From positions 17,108 through 81,107 of the forward strand of contig CBFGIT010000013.1 in NCBI GenBank assembly GCA_965648905.1: a stretch of DNA of 64,000 nucleotides. Reading direction: 5' to 3'. Positions 8,871 through 17,954 of the stretch are shown here, piece after piece. The stretch is from a candidate division WOR-3 bacterium (GTDB lineage: Bacteria > Hydrothermota > Tepidihabitantia > Tepidihabitantales > Tepidihabitantaceae). Position numbers and translations under genes: made by a program. Positions within the stretch are counted from its first letter, which is position 1. Each line of letters starts with the position of its first letter. The notes beneath the pieces were generated by a model. The model was not told where the DNA came from. It saw only the letters and a list, made by a program, of their open reading frames with translations, and searched no databases.

Positions 8871-9743
8871 ATGCGCTTCCTTGCTGGCGCAGCTCTGTTC
8901 TTGCTTGGCTCCTATGCCTCGGCTAACCTGCTGAGCAACCCTGATTTCTCCCAGTGGGACAACGACTCAACACCGACCGCATGGACGGTTGAGGCCCGCA
9001 GCTACGCTCCGGCACGACGCGAACCAGGCCAGGGACATTCCAGCCCGCCGTGCCTCATGCTTACTCGGCAACAGGCCGGGACCGGCAACAACAAGGGCGT
9101 GCTCCAGAACGTCCCGGTCTTGCCGGGCAGTAACTATACGGTCGGAGCCTGGCTGATGACGCCGACCATGCCCGACACGATGCAGTTCGTCTCGGGCCGG
9201 GTGATACTCACGTGGCGTAACGCTTCCGGTGCGGCCATCGGCTCGACCAACCCGACGACCTACGTGCACGAGCCGGTCTGGACTAACCAGACCTACGTCG
9301 CAACTGCTCCCAACAATCCGAACGGCGACAGCATCGCCGCGACCGCAGATGTGCTGGTTCGTTGCTACGGTCGCGCGGGCGGCAGTCCGGGAGGCATTCT
9401 CTACGTTGACGACGTTTCACTCGAAGAAGGCGGAGCAATTGCGGAGCAAGGCAACGTGCCTCGCCCGTCCGCCGGGCTATCGGTCAGCCCGAACCCGGTC
9501 ACCGACCGGTTCGTGGTCCGGTTTGAGCTGGCACGCGCAACCGGGCTCAGCCTGCGGGTCTATGACCTTGCCGGCACGCTTCGCGCAGAGTCTTTCACCG
9601 GGACACTGTCGGCCGGCCCGCACTCGCTCTCGCTGCCCGCGGTCGATGCTGAGCAGCGGCCGCTGCCCGATGGTCTATACTTCATCGTCCTGAATGATGC
9701 CGGCCTTGACCGGGCGGTGCGCAAACTGGTCATCCGGCGTTAG
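8871..9743 (+). CDS. Secreted protein with CBM-like domain and C-terminal T9SS/FlgD-like sorting domain
   Basis: Signal peptide MRFLAGAALFLLG after GGAG; NLL.NPDF..W start; C-terminal PNP...L.VYDLAG...LPDGLYFI.L...KLVI. Confidence 0.8.
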   Translation: MRFLAGAALFLLGSYASANLLSNPDFSQWDNDSTPTAWTVEARSYAPARREPGQGHSSPPCLMLTRQQAGTGNNKGVLQNVPVLPGSNYTVGAWLMTPTMPDTMQFVSGRVILTWRNASGAAIGSTNPTTYVHEPVWTNQTYVATAPNNPNGDSIAATADVLVRCYGRAGGSPGGILYVDDVSLEEGGAIAEQGNVPRPSAGLSVSPNPVTDRFVVRFELARATGLSLRVYDLAGTLRAESFTGTLSAGPHSLSLPAVDAEQRPLPDGLYFIVLNDAGLDRAVRKLVIRR

Positions 9744-9749
9744 CTAGAG

Positions 9750-11318
9750 ATGCGAACCGGGTGTGCGTTGCCGATTGCCGGTCTGCTTGCCGTCTGGCTC
9801 CACGCTCAACCCCAGGGGCGGTTACTCTGGTCCTTTGAGGGAAATGACGGGATATACAATGCCATCGCCATTCCGGACGTGAACGGCGACGGACTGCCGG
9901 ATGCGGCTGCCGCGACCTACTACGGAGCCTATCCCAGCGACCCGCGCAAGCTCTATTGCTGTTCGGGCGCTTCGGGTGAGACCATCTGGGTCAACCGCAC
10001 GGCCTACGGCACCTGGGGTAACAAAGGTCTCGACGTCTCACCCGACCTGAATCAGGATGGTTATGCCGATATCCTGCTGGGCACCGCCGGCGGCTACACG
10101 ACCGCGGGTCGTTCGGTCATCGCGGTCAGCGGGCGAACCGGCGACACACTCTGGCGCTACAGCCGCTACCAGTACTGGGGTTGGGTCTATTCGGTGCGCA
10201 CCATCGACGACATCGACGGCGACTCGGTGCCGGACGCGCTCGGGGGCAGTGGCACGACCACCGACTCAGCCGGCGCGGCCGTGCTCGTTTCCGGCCGGAC
10301 CGGTCAGCCAATCTGGCTGCGCCGGATGTATGACGACGGCGTCGGGTCGGTGGCTCCGTTTGTTGACGTAAACGGCGACCAGGTGCCTGACGTGCTGGTC
10401 GGTGCCGGCGGCAACAGCCGCTCCGATTCGGTCATCTGCCTGTGCGGCGCGACCGGTGCGACAGTATGGCGAACCCGCGCAGCCGGGTCGGTTTCTGACG
10501 TCGAACGGATTGCCGACGTCAACCGCTCCGGCTGCGACGACGTAGTCGCCGGTGGCTGGGACTATTCGGTCTACTGCCTTGAAGGCAGCACCGGCCAGAT
10601 CATCTGGTCGACCCCGCTCGGCACTGCCCGTGTAGTTATGGAGGTCGTTCCGATCCGCGACGTCAACGCCGACGGCATTGACGATGTGGTTGTCGGCTCG
10701 TGGAGCTCGCTGGTCACGGTGCTGTCCGGTGCTGATGGCTCGACGGTCTGGAACGGCATGCTCGCCAGCGATGTCTGGTGCGTCGACACGCTGGGCGACG
10801 TCACCGGCGACAACGTTCCGGAAGTCGTTGCCGGCTGCCTGGGCAACGGTAACGGCATGGTCAAGGTTTTTTGTGGCCGCACCGGCCAGGCACTGTGGCA
10901 GTATGCTTTCAGTGAGCGAGTCTACGACGTAACCGGCGCGCCGGACATGAACGGCGACGGACAGCCGGATGTGCTCGTCGGACTTCAGGACCAGGCGCAC
11001 GAACCGGCGCACCTGCTGCTGTTCGATGGCGTACCGCCGGCCGCCCTGCTCGATACTTCGGAACCGAAACTCGGGCTGTATCACGACCGGGCATCGGGCC
11101 GGCTCTGCTTCGAGGTTGTCAGGCCGGTCCGGTACCGTCTTGTCCTCTACGACTGCGCCGGTCGAGAAACCGGCATCGGGCGGTCTGGCTACGGGCCGCT
11201 CTCTCAAGAGGTCAGTCTTGCCGGACTGGCCGGTGGCAGCTATTTCGCGCAGCTCCGGGTTGCCGGTGAAAGAGAACAGACACTGAAACTCGTTGTTCCG
11301 CCAACAAGAAGACAGTAA
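9750..11318 (+). CDS. FG-GAP/PQQ-like beta-propeller repeat secreted protein with C-terminal sorting domain
   Basis: Repeated DVNGDG.PD Ca-binding loops with SG.TG...W; C-terminal LYDCAGR...LAGGSYF...KLVV. Confidence 0.85.
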   Translation: MRTGCALPIAGLLAVWLHAQPQGRLLWSFEGNDGIYNAIAIPDVNGDGLPDAAAATYYGAYPSDPRKLYCCSGASGETIWVNRTAYGTWGNKGLDVSPDLNQDGYADILLGTAGGYTTAGRSVIAVSGRTGDTLWRYSRYQYWGWVYSVRTIDDIDGDSVPDALGGSGTTTDSAGAAVLVSGRTGQPIWLRRMYDDGVGSVAPFVDVNGDQVPDVLVGAGGNSRSDSVICLCGATGATVWRTRAAGSVSDVERIADVNRSGCDDVVAGGWDYSVYCLEGSTGQIIWSTPLGTARVVMEVVPIRDVNADGIDDVVVGSWSSLVTVLSGADGSTVWNGMLASDVWCVDTLGDVTGDNVPEVVAGCLGNGNGMVKVFCGRTGQALWQYAFSERVYDVTGAPDMNGDGQPDVLVGLQDQAHEPAHLLLFDGVPPAALLDTSEPKLGLYHDRASGRLCFEVVRPVRYRLVLYDCAGRETGIGRSGYGPLSQEVSLAGLAGGSYFAQLRVAGEREQTLKLVVPPTRRQ

Positions 11319-11343
11319 CCATGCTTTACAGAAAGGAAGTAGC

Positions 11344-11679
11344 ATGACTGAACTGACCGCGCTAGAGAAAATCGAGAAGCTGGGCAAGTCGGTTGCGAAA
11401 ATGACTCAGGCCGACCTTGCCCGGGCCGTGGGCTGCTCGCGTGAACGCATCCGTCAGCTAGTTCCGCGGCTCAAGGTGAAGCCAGGCAAGCGCGCCGGCG
11501 CTTGGCACCACATGCTGGCCAAGAGAGAGCGCGAGGCGATGGCCCGGCTGTACGAATCCGGCACTTCGCTTGCTGATATCGGCCGCCGCCATGGCGTCAG
11601 CGACTACCATGTCCGCGAGGCCATCCGCGAGGTTCGCAAGAGTCTGACATCGTCGAAGAAGTCGAGCCGCAAGCGCTAG
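11344..11679 (+). CDS. Small helix-turn-helix DNA-binding protein
   Basis: TQADLARAVGCSRERIRQ and SLADIGRRHGVS HTH-like segments; AGGAAG upstream. Confidence 0.75.
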   Translation: MTELTALEKIEKLGKSVAKMTQADLARAVGCSRERIRQLVPRLKVKPGKRAGAWHHMLAKREREAMARLYESGTSLADIGRRHGVSDYHVREAIREVRKSLTSSKKSSRKR

Positions 11680-11714
11680 CTGTCCGGCCCCGGCGCTCGG
11701 TTGTTGTCGGAGAG

Positions 11715-11788
11715 TGGGCGATACTAGAGTTGAACTAGTGACCTCTGGTATGTGAGACCAGCGCTCTGACCAACTGAGCTAATCGCCC
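11715..11788 (-). tRNA. tRNA-Val (CAC)
   Basis: GGGCGAT...TAGCTCAGTTGG...CTGGT-CT-CAC-AT-ACCAG...GTTCAA...ATCGCCCA cloverleaf; no encoded CCA. Confidence 0.95.
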
Positions 11789-11813
11789 CTGCGAACTCGG
11801 GAATTGTACCGAA

Positions 11814-11844
11814 CTGAGGTCAGGAGTCAAACTCCTGACCTCAG
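11814..11844. terminator. Perfect 14-bp inverted repeat at the TPR gene end, overlapping the tRNA-Val -35 box
   Basis: CTGAGGTCAGGAGT-CAA-ACTCCTGACCTCAG; no U-tract, so function uncertain. Confidence 0.4.
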
Positions 11845-13799
11845 GAGTCGAGGAACTGAACCCCTCGGCTCGGCCGGGGCAGCCGGTTGAGCAGTACGTT
11901 CACCTCATCGGCATGTTTCCGGTCGCCGAGCTTCAAGTACAGCCGCAGGGCCTGATTCAGCCGCATCCGCGCCTCATCGGGCTCGCCGCCGTCGGCGTGA
12001 ATTCGCCCCAGTCCGGTCAGACATTCAGCCTCGCCGGAGCTGTCACCGATACTTGAGTAGACCTGCAGCGCCCGAACATAGTTCTCCCGAGCCAGCATCA
12101 GGTCACCACGCAGCCGGTTGACTGCGCCGATGGCGGCAAGGGCGCGGGCCTCGCCCGACGGGTTACCCGACTGATGGGCCAGTCTGAGGCCGTCCTCAAG
12201 CAGCTCGCGCGCCTCGTCGAGTTCGCCATCATGAGAAAGCACCTCGCCGAGCCGCACCAGGTCCTCGGCTTCGGCCTGTTTGTCGCCCAACTGGCGGTGC
12301 AGAGTAAGCGCCTCCCGGCCGGCCGCAACCGCTTCGACCCACGCGCCCGCGGCGGCCCGGGCAGCACAGGTCTCGGCCAGCACGTTGGCCAGCAAGGCAG
12401 TGTCACCGAGACGACGTGCCCCCACCAGGCTCTGTTCGAGGTACTCAAGCGCTTTCTCAAGCCGGCCGGCTCCACGCAGAGCGCGGGTCAGCTCGAAGGC
12501 CAGCGCGGTCTCGCTTGTCGAATCCTGCCGCTTCCGCGCCTCCTCCAGCGGCCGACTCAGACACTCCACCGCCTCGTCGAAGCGCTCCAGGCACAGGTAG
12601 GCGCGACCGACTCCGGCAAGGTCCTCGGCCAGCTCGCTCTCACGGCCGGCATCGCGGTCCAGTTTCGCGGCCTCTTCGAGCAACTCCAGTGCTCTTTCCG
12701 CTCCGCTTCCGACCAGGCAGGCACGGGCGAGCCACCGCAGGTTCGCGGCGACAAGAGCATCGTCCCCTGCTTTCCGCGCCAGCTTCAATGACTCCTCGAA
12801 GCACTCATGGGCCGCATCGCGGTCCTTGAGCCGCTCATGGGCCAGTCCCATCTCATGGACTACCAGCGCCTGACCGCGCAACTGCCGGACCTCACGGAAA
12901 AGCCGCAGTGCCCGTTCCAGTACTTCCAAGGCCCGGCGCTCGTTACCTTGCCTGCGGTGGATGATGCCGATGGACATCAGTCGTTCTGCTTCTGCTGCCC
13001 GGTCATGAGTCTGGCGGGCAAGGTGCAGGCCATCTTCGTAGGCAGCTCGGGCCTCGTCAAGCTGGCCGCGCGCGACCAGCAGGTTGCCGGTCGCGGCGTA
13101 TTCGCCCGATGCTCCGACCCGGTCTCCGGCCGCATCGAACGCCCGCACAGCCTGACGATGGAATGCCAGCGCCGCATCAATCTGACCTTCGCGCTCCGCG
13201 AGTGCGGCCAGGGCGGCCAGTCCGACCGCCCCCATCTCCGGGTTGTCCAGTTTCCGCGCCAGCTCCACGCCGGCGCGGTAGCCGGCCCGCGCCTCGGCTA
13301 TTCGGCCTGAGTCCGCGGCCAGGCGAGCAAGCACCAACTGGCACGCGGCAATCGCTGCCCGGTCGTTGGCAGCGCGGGCCGCGGCCATTGCCGCGCGCGC
13401 TTCTTTCCACGCTTCATCCTTCTGACCGACGAACAACTGACATCCAGTCGCCAGTAGCCCAAGCGCGGCCAGCTCCGCGCCGCGGGCACGCGACTTGGCC
13501 GACTGCCAGCGCGAAAGAGCCTGACCCCACCGCGCCTCGGCCGCAAACCGAACACCAGCCTCGAAGCTGTCGGCCAGGGTCCGGTCACGAACCGAGTGAA
13601 GCCCGTCCAAGTAGAGAACACCGAGCCGACTGCGGACCAGTGCCAGTCGTTCTCGATAGCGGCTCGCACCCTCCTCTTCGATTCGCGCCAGCCGGACCTC
13701 GCAATCGAACACCCGGCGCACGGCCCACCGCCGGCTGAGCAGAAAGAACACGATTCCCGAGGCAGCCGTGCCGACCAGTATCCCAACTAGGAACGACAT
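11841..13799 (-). CDS. Membrane-anchored tetratricopeptide repeat protein
   Basis: N-terminal TM helix; many ~40-aa repeats of form A..L..LG......G...A......AL.L....G. Confidence 0.85.
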   Translation of the reverse strand: MSFLVGILVGTAASGIVFFLLSRRWAVRRVFDCEVRLARIEEEGASRYRERLALVRSRLGVLYLDGLHSVRDRTLADSFEAGVRFAAEARWGQALSRWQSAKSRARGAELAALGLLATGCQLFVGQKDEAWKEARAAMAAARAANDRAAIAACQLVLARLAADSGRIAEARAGYRAGVELARKLDNPEMGAVGLAALAALAEREGQIDAALAFHRQAVRAFDAAGDRVGASGEYAATGNLLVARGQLDEARAAYEDGLHLARQTHDRAAEAERLMSIGIIHRRQGNERRALEVLERALRLFREVRQLRGQALVVHEMGLAHERLKDRDAAHECFEESLKLARKAGDDALVAANLRWLARACLVGSGAERALELLEEAAKLDRDAGRESELAEDLAGVGRAYLCLERFDEAVECLSRPLEEARKRQDSTSETALAFELTRALRGAGRLEKALEYLEQSLVGARRLGDTALLANVLAETCAARAAAGAWVEAVAAGREALTLHRQLGDKQAEAEDLVRLGEVLSHDGELDEARELLEDGLRLAHQSGNPSGEARALAAIGAVNRLRGDLMLARENYVRALQVYSSIGDSSGEAECLTGLGRIHADGGEPDEARMRLNQALRLYLKLGDRKHADEVNVLLNRLPRPSRGVQFLDS

Positions 13800-14058
13800 C
13801 GGCGTCTCCTGGTAATGCTATTCGACATGCGCACCTTTCTTCTAAATCGTCCGTTCGTCCACCCGCCTGTTCCACGCCCTCCCACCTTAGCAAGGTTAGC
13901 TCAAGTCCGGCGATTGTCAAGCCTCCGCGACCGGGCTTGACCGGCGCAACGGTTGGGCTACAATCGGGGCACGCATGGCGCGTTCCGACCCCCTTCGGTT
14001 TCGCCGGTTCGGGCACGCTGCCGGGCAAGACACCAGTAGTACCTAAAAGGAGGTATCA

Positions 14059-16089
14059 GTGAGAACCGCAAGACTCGTGCTCCTCGCCGTGATTGCCGTC
14101 GCCTTGGCCTTTGTCGGCTGCAAGAAAGCCACCAGGGCCAAGTGGACCGTTCTGGCCTATATGGATGGCAACAACAACCTCGATACGCTTCAGAACGGCA
14201 GCTCCTGGGTCATCGGCGACTGCCAGGAGTTGGAAGAGGTTGGTTCGACCGACGACGTCCAGATAGTCGCCATGGTCGGGTCCCTGCGCAACGGCGGCAA
14301 TTCCAAGGTCTACCACATTCAGAAACACCTGAACGAACAGCCGGACCAGATCAGCTCAACGGTTCTTGAAGACCTAGGTGGTAAGGACATGTCGGACAAG
14401 GCCACGCTCCGGGACTTTGTCCGGAAATACGTCAGCCAGTTCCCGGCTGAACGCTACATGCTCATCATCGACGACCACGGCGGTGGCTGGTACGGTGCGT
14501 GCGAGGACAACCAGAACGGCTCCGGTGACATGATGTCCATGCCCGAGATGCGCGAAGCGCTCAAGGACACGGTTAAGTTTGACGTCGTTGTCTTTCACGC
14601 CTGCCTGATGTCGATGGTCGAGGTCGCCTATGAGCTTAAGGACCAGGCGAACTACATGGTTGCTTCCCAGTTCACCATGCCGATGCAGTCAATCCTTGGC
14701 TCGGACAAGTGGGTTGCTGACCTGGTCGCCAACCCCGACATCTCGCCGCTCGACATCTCCAAGAAGATTGTCGATGCGGTATACCAGACCGCGGGCGAGA
14801 AGCAGAAGGACTGCCATGTGGCGGTCACCGACCTCTCGAAAATCCAGGCGCTGGCAGCCAAGGTCAAAGACCTGGGCAACAACATCGTGACCGAGGCCGG
14901 CGACGACTGGGGCGAGGTGCTGCAGGCCTTCAACGAGACCCACTATACCCAGTACGACCATCCGGCATTCGTCGACCTGCGCGAGTACGCGAAGAAGATC
15001 AAGCAGATGCCCAACCTGCAGAACCGGAACATGATTAAGAGCGCGGCCGATGACGTGATTGCGGCCATCAACGACGCCGTGCCGCTGACCAAGACCAATG
15101 TCACGGCAATCCCGCGCGGCGGACTCTGCATCCACTTCCCCTACAAGGCCGAGCTGTTCGACTCGGTCAAGTACGCCAAACTCCAGTTTGCGAGCTGGAA
15201 CTGGCAGAACTTCCTCTCCAAGTTCATCGCCTTGGCCGGTGGCGGTGGTGGCGGCGGTGGCGACAAAGGCTGGCTCTCGGTCAACTCGACGCCCCAGGGC
15301 GCGACCATCTGGGTCAACGGCAACAACACCGGCGCCCAGACACCAACCGTCTTCCGCGCTGACCCGGCAACCTATCAGCTCAAACTGACTCTGACCGGAT
15401 ACCTGGATTGGGAACAGAACGTCACGGTCCGGGTTGGCGAGACGACCTACGTCAACGCCCAGCTTCAGCAACAGGGTGGTGGCGGCGACAAAGGTTGGCT
15501 GTCAATCAACTCGACCCCGCAGGGCGCGACGGTCTGGGTCAACGGTGCCAACACCGGCTACCAGACTCCGGTCATGCTCGAAGGCCCGCCAAACAGCTAC
15601 CAGATCAAGCTGACTCTGACCGGTTACCTCGACTGGGAACAGACCGCGACCATCCGGGCCAACGAGACGACCTACATCAACGCTCAGCTCCAGCAGCAAG
15701 GCGGCGGAGCGGCGATTGTGACCGGCACGGCGCTCTGGCAGGGAGGTCAGCCGCCGTCGACTCACACGCTCGCTTTCCTGGACACCGTCGCCGGGTCTCA
15801 GGCCGTGCCGATTGCCCAGGGCCAGGTCAGCTCGGTGAACGGCACCTATTCAATCAGCGTGAACATCACTGCTCCGCGCCAGGTCCTGGCCGACGCCTGG
15901 GACGACGTCAACGGTGACGGCGATTGGACCCCGGGCGTGGATGGCTGGGGCTTCTACGACCCGGACGGCGACCAGCAGTGGACAGTGAACGACCTGTTCA
16001 CCATCACTCCGGGACAGACCAGGCCCAACATCAACATCACTATCTGGCAGGGCAAGGACCGACCTGCCGGTCCAATCAGGAAGCAGTAG
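14059..16089 (+). CDS. Clostripain-family (C11) cysteine peptidase lipoprotein with two PEGA domains
   Basis: Lipobox FVGC; WTVLAYMDGNNNL, DHGGGW (His), HACLMSMVEV (Cys); AGGAGG RBS. Confidence 0.9.
   Translation: MRTARLVLLAVIAVALAFVGCKKATRAKWTVLAYMDGNNNLDTLQNGSSWVIGDCQELEEVGSTDDVQIVAMVGSLRNGGNSKVYHIQKHLNEQPDQISSTVLEDLGGKDMSDKATLRDFVRKYVSQFPAERYMLIIDDHGGGWYGACEDNQNGSGDMMSMPEMREALKDTVKFDVVVFHACLMSMVEVAYELKDQANYMVASQFTMPMQSILGSDKWVADLVANPDISPLDISKKIVDAVYQTAGEKQKDCHVAVTDLSKIQALAAKVKDLGNNIVTEAGDDWGEVLQAFNETHYTQYDHPAFVDLREYAKKIKQMPNLQNRNMIKSAADDVIAAINDAVPLTKTNVTAIPRGGLCIHFPYKAELFDSVKYAKLQFASWNWQNFLSKFIALAGGGGGGGGDKGWLSVNSTPQGATIWVNGNNTGAQTPTVFRADPATYQLKLTLTGYLDWEQNVTVRVGETTYVNAQLQQQGGGGDKGWLSINSTPQGATVWVNGANTGYQTPVMLEGPPNSYQIKLTLTGYLDWEQTATIRANETTYINAQLQQQGGGAAIVTGTALWQGGQPPSTHTLAFLDTVAGSQAVPIAQGQVSSVNGTYSISVNITAPRQVLADAWDDVNGDGDWTPGVDGWGFYDPDGDQQWTVNDLFTITPGQTRPNINITIWQGKDRPAGPIRKQ
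15259..15708 (+). repeat. Tandem 225-bp duplication encoding two PEGA domains
   Basis: GDKGWLS(V/I)NSTPQGAT(I/V)WVNG...YQ.KLTLTGYLDWEQ...ETTY.NAQLQQQGGG occurs twice. Confidence 0.9.
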
Positions 16090-16184
16090 GCGCATCTGCA
16101 CTTACCAGGGGCGGTCTCGCGGCCGCCCCTTCTTGTTGCGCCGACACCACGCAGAGGCCTGTTGTCGGTGGCGCGCTATTCCGA

Positions 16185-16515
16185 CTAGCGAACGACCAGC
16201 ACCCCGCGTACCGCTGGCCCGTGGCGCACGAAGTACACCCCGGGCGCGAGGTGGCGCACGTCATTCGGGCCGGGTCGGAGCCCCATCACCTTCCGGCCGG
16301 TGATGTCGAGCACGACGGGGACAGGCGCTCCTGCGGAGCGGCAGTCCCCGTTCTGCGACCAAACCAGGGCACTGCGTACAATGGTCGGGCCAAGACCCTC
16401 CATTCGGGCTTCGGGTCGCGTCAATTCCTCGACCGCACTTCAACCCCACTGCCCTTGGCGGCAGAACGAGAGACAATAGCAACTTCGCTGCGAACACAGT
16501 GGAGCGACACTTCAT
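16185..16515 (-). pseudogene. Internally deleted secreted-protein gene (signal peptide and C-terminal sorting domain only)
   Basis: GAGGAGG RBS and MKCRSTVFAAKLLLSLVL in one frame; AVEE...TIVRSAL...VLDITGRKV..LRPGPNDVRHLAPGVYFVR in another. Confidence 0.65.
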
Positions 16516-16715
16516 CACTCAAGCCTCCTCTCTGGCCGTTACAGACTCAGACGATATTACATCCGCAGGCAGACGTCTGTGAAGCACGGGGCAGGAATGA
16601 CCCATGACCGGGCGTCAATGGGCAACTGGGAGCTGCCGGAGCCCTGCGAGCGCGAGGGCTCGCACGATTGGTGATTGTAGCGCTTCCTATACTTGACCGG
16701 CAGAGCCGAAATGGA

Positions 16716-17060
16716 CATAACTCCTTGCCGGCTATCAAGTTACGACACCCACCATGTCAAGCCCTCCCCTGCTCCCCAAGCGATACGCGCGTAAGTCTTG
16801 AGCGTTGTGAACGAAGGCATGCTTGTCGTGACCTCACCTGCGCTGATACCGGGAGCGCTTGCTCGAGTGCCGCCCGGGTCTTTGTGTCCAGTCGCGCCGC
16901 GTGCGGTAATGCAGGTGCTTACCCGGGCCGTAGCTGGAGCAGCAGCTCAAGCCGGCTGCTGAGCAGTCGCCTCGGCTGACAATTGCCTGTCTGAGCCGAC
17001 GCTTGTTGCGGTGCTTACCCCGGTCTCAGGCGAAGTTTCGGCCTCGGTAGCTGTCTTGGC
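16716..17060 (+). repeat. Non-coding dispersed element A (N15 palindrome plus degenerate array)
   Basis: CATAACT-N15-AGTTACG at 16716-16744; colinear with the reverse complement of 40256-40568. Confidence 0.7.
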
Positions 17061-17135
17061 GTAGTGCCAGCGGTTCAGAATCGAGGGTGACAAATCGACC
17101 GCGGCTGGACCTTGCTGCCGCGCGTGACAGGAAGC

Positions 17136-17876
17136 CTACGGCGACTTCGGCACACCGTAGATTCGGGCCTTGGCCAAGTCCATGATGCAGCGGAACCCGA
17201 GCCAGCCCGAGCCTTTGACGTCCGGGTCGATGCCCCAGCGACAGGTGCAGCGGCAGAACGCCGCGCTGCTCTTGTAGGAGCCGCCGCGCAGGGCCTTGCC
17301 GAAGTTCTCCCAGTTTCCGGTCGTGAACTCCCAGACATTGCCCGCCATATCGAGCGCGCCGACCGGGCTTATTCCGGCCGGAAACATCCCGACCTCGCTG
17401 GTCCGTCCTGAGTTCCACTCCCGGCTGTTACAGTTCTTGATGCCGAACTCGTTGCCCCATGGCCAGAGCCGCTCATCAGTGCCGCGCGCGGCCCGCTCCC
17501 ATTCTTCCTCGGTCGGAATGCGCTTGCCCGCCCACTGGGCATAGGCTTCGGCATCGCGGTAGCAGATTCCGACAACCGGGTGGTTTGGCCGATTCCAGGC
17601 CGGGTCGTGCCAGAACAGCGGCGGCTTGTGGCCGGTCGCCTTCATGAACATCTCGTACTGTCGGTTGGTCACCGGGTACTTGTCGATGTAGCAGTCACGG
17701 ACCGTGGCATAACGCCGCGGCAGCTCGGTTTTGAACACCGCGTCCATCGGCTCGCCCAGTTTGGCCAGCACCTCGACCACGCGCGTTTCATCAATCCCGA
17801 AGACAAAGTCGCCGGCCGGCACCAGCACGGCCTCGGCGTTGTCCTTCGATGTGACGATCAGTCGTGGCAGACTCAT
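17136..17876 (-). CDS. Formylglycine-generating enzyme (SUMF1/EgtB/PvdO) family protein
   Basis: PVTN.QY..F, HPVV.I...DAEAYA.WAGKR.PTEEEWE.AARG, DMAGNVWE, GFRC motifs. Confidence 0.9.
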   Translation of the reverse strand: MSLPRLIVTSKDNAEAVLVPAGDFVFGIDETRVVEVLAKLGEPMDAVFKTELPRRYATVRDCYIDKYPVTNRQYEMFMKATGHKPPLFWHDPAWNRPNHPVVGICYRDAEAYAQWAGKRIPTEEEWERAARGTDERLWPWGNEFGIKNCNSREWNSGRTSEVGMFPAGISPVGALDMAGNVWEFTTGNWENFGKALRGGSYKSSAAFCRCTCRWGIDPDVKGSGWLGFRCIMDLAKARIYGVPKSP

Positions 17877-17954
17877 GGCCCGCTCGCAATATACCCGACT
17901 AACACCACCTCGTCAAGCTGAGGGTGTCGCTCCCGGCTCAGCCATCCTTCATCC

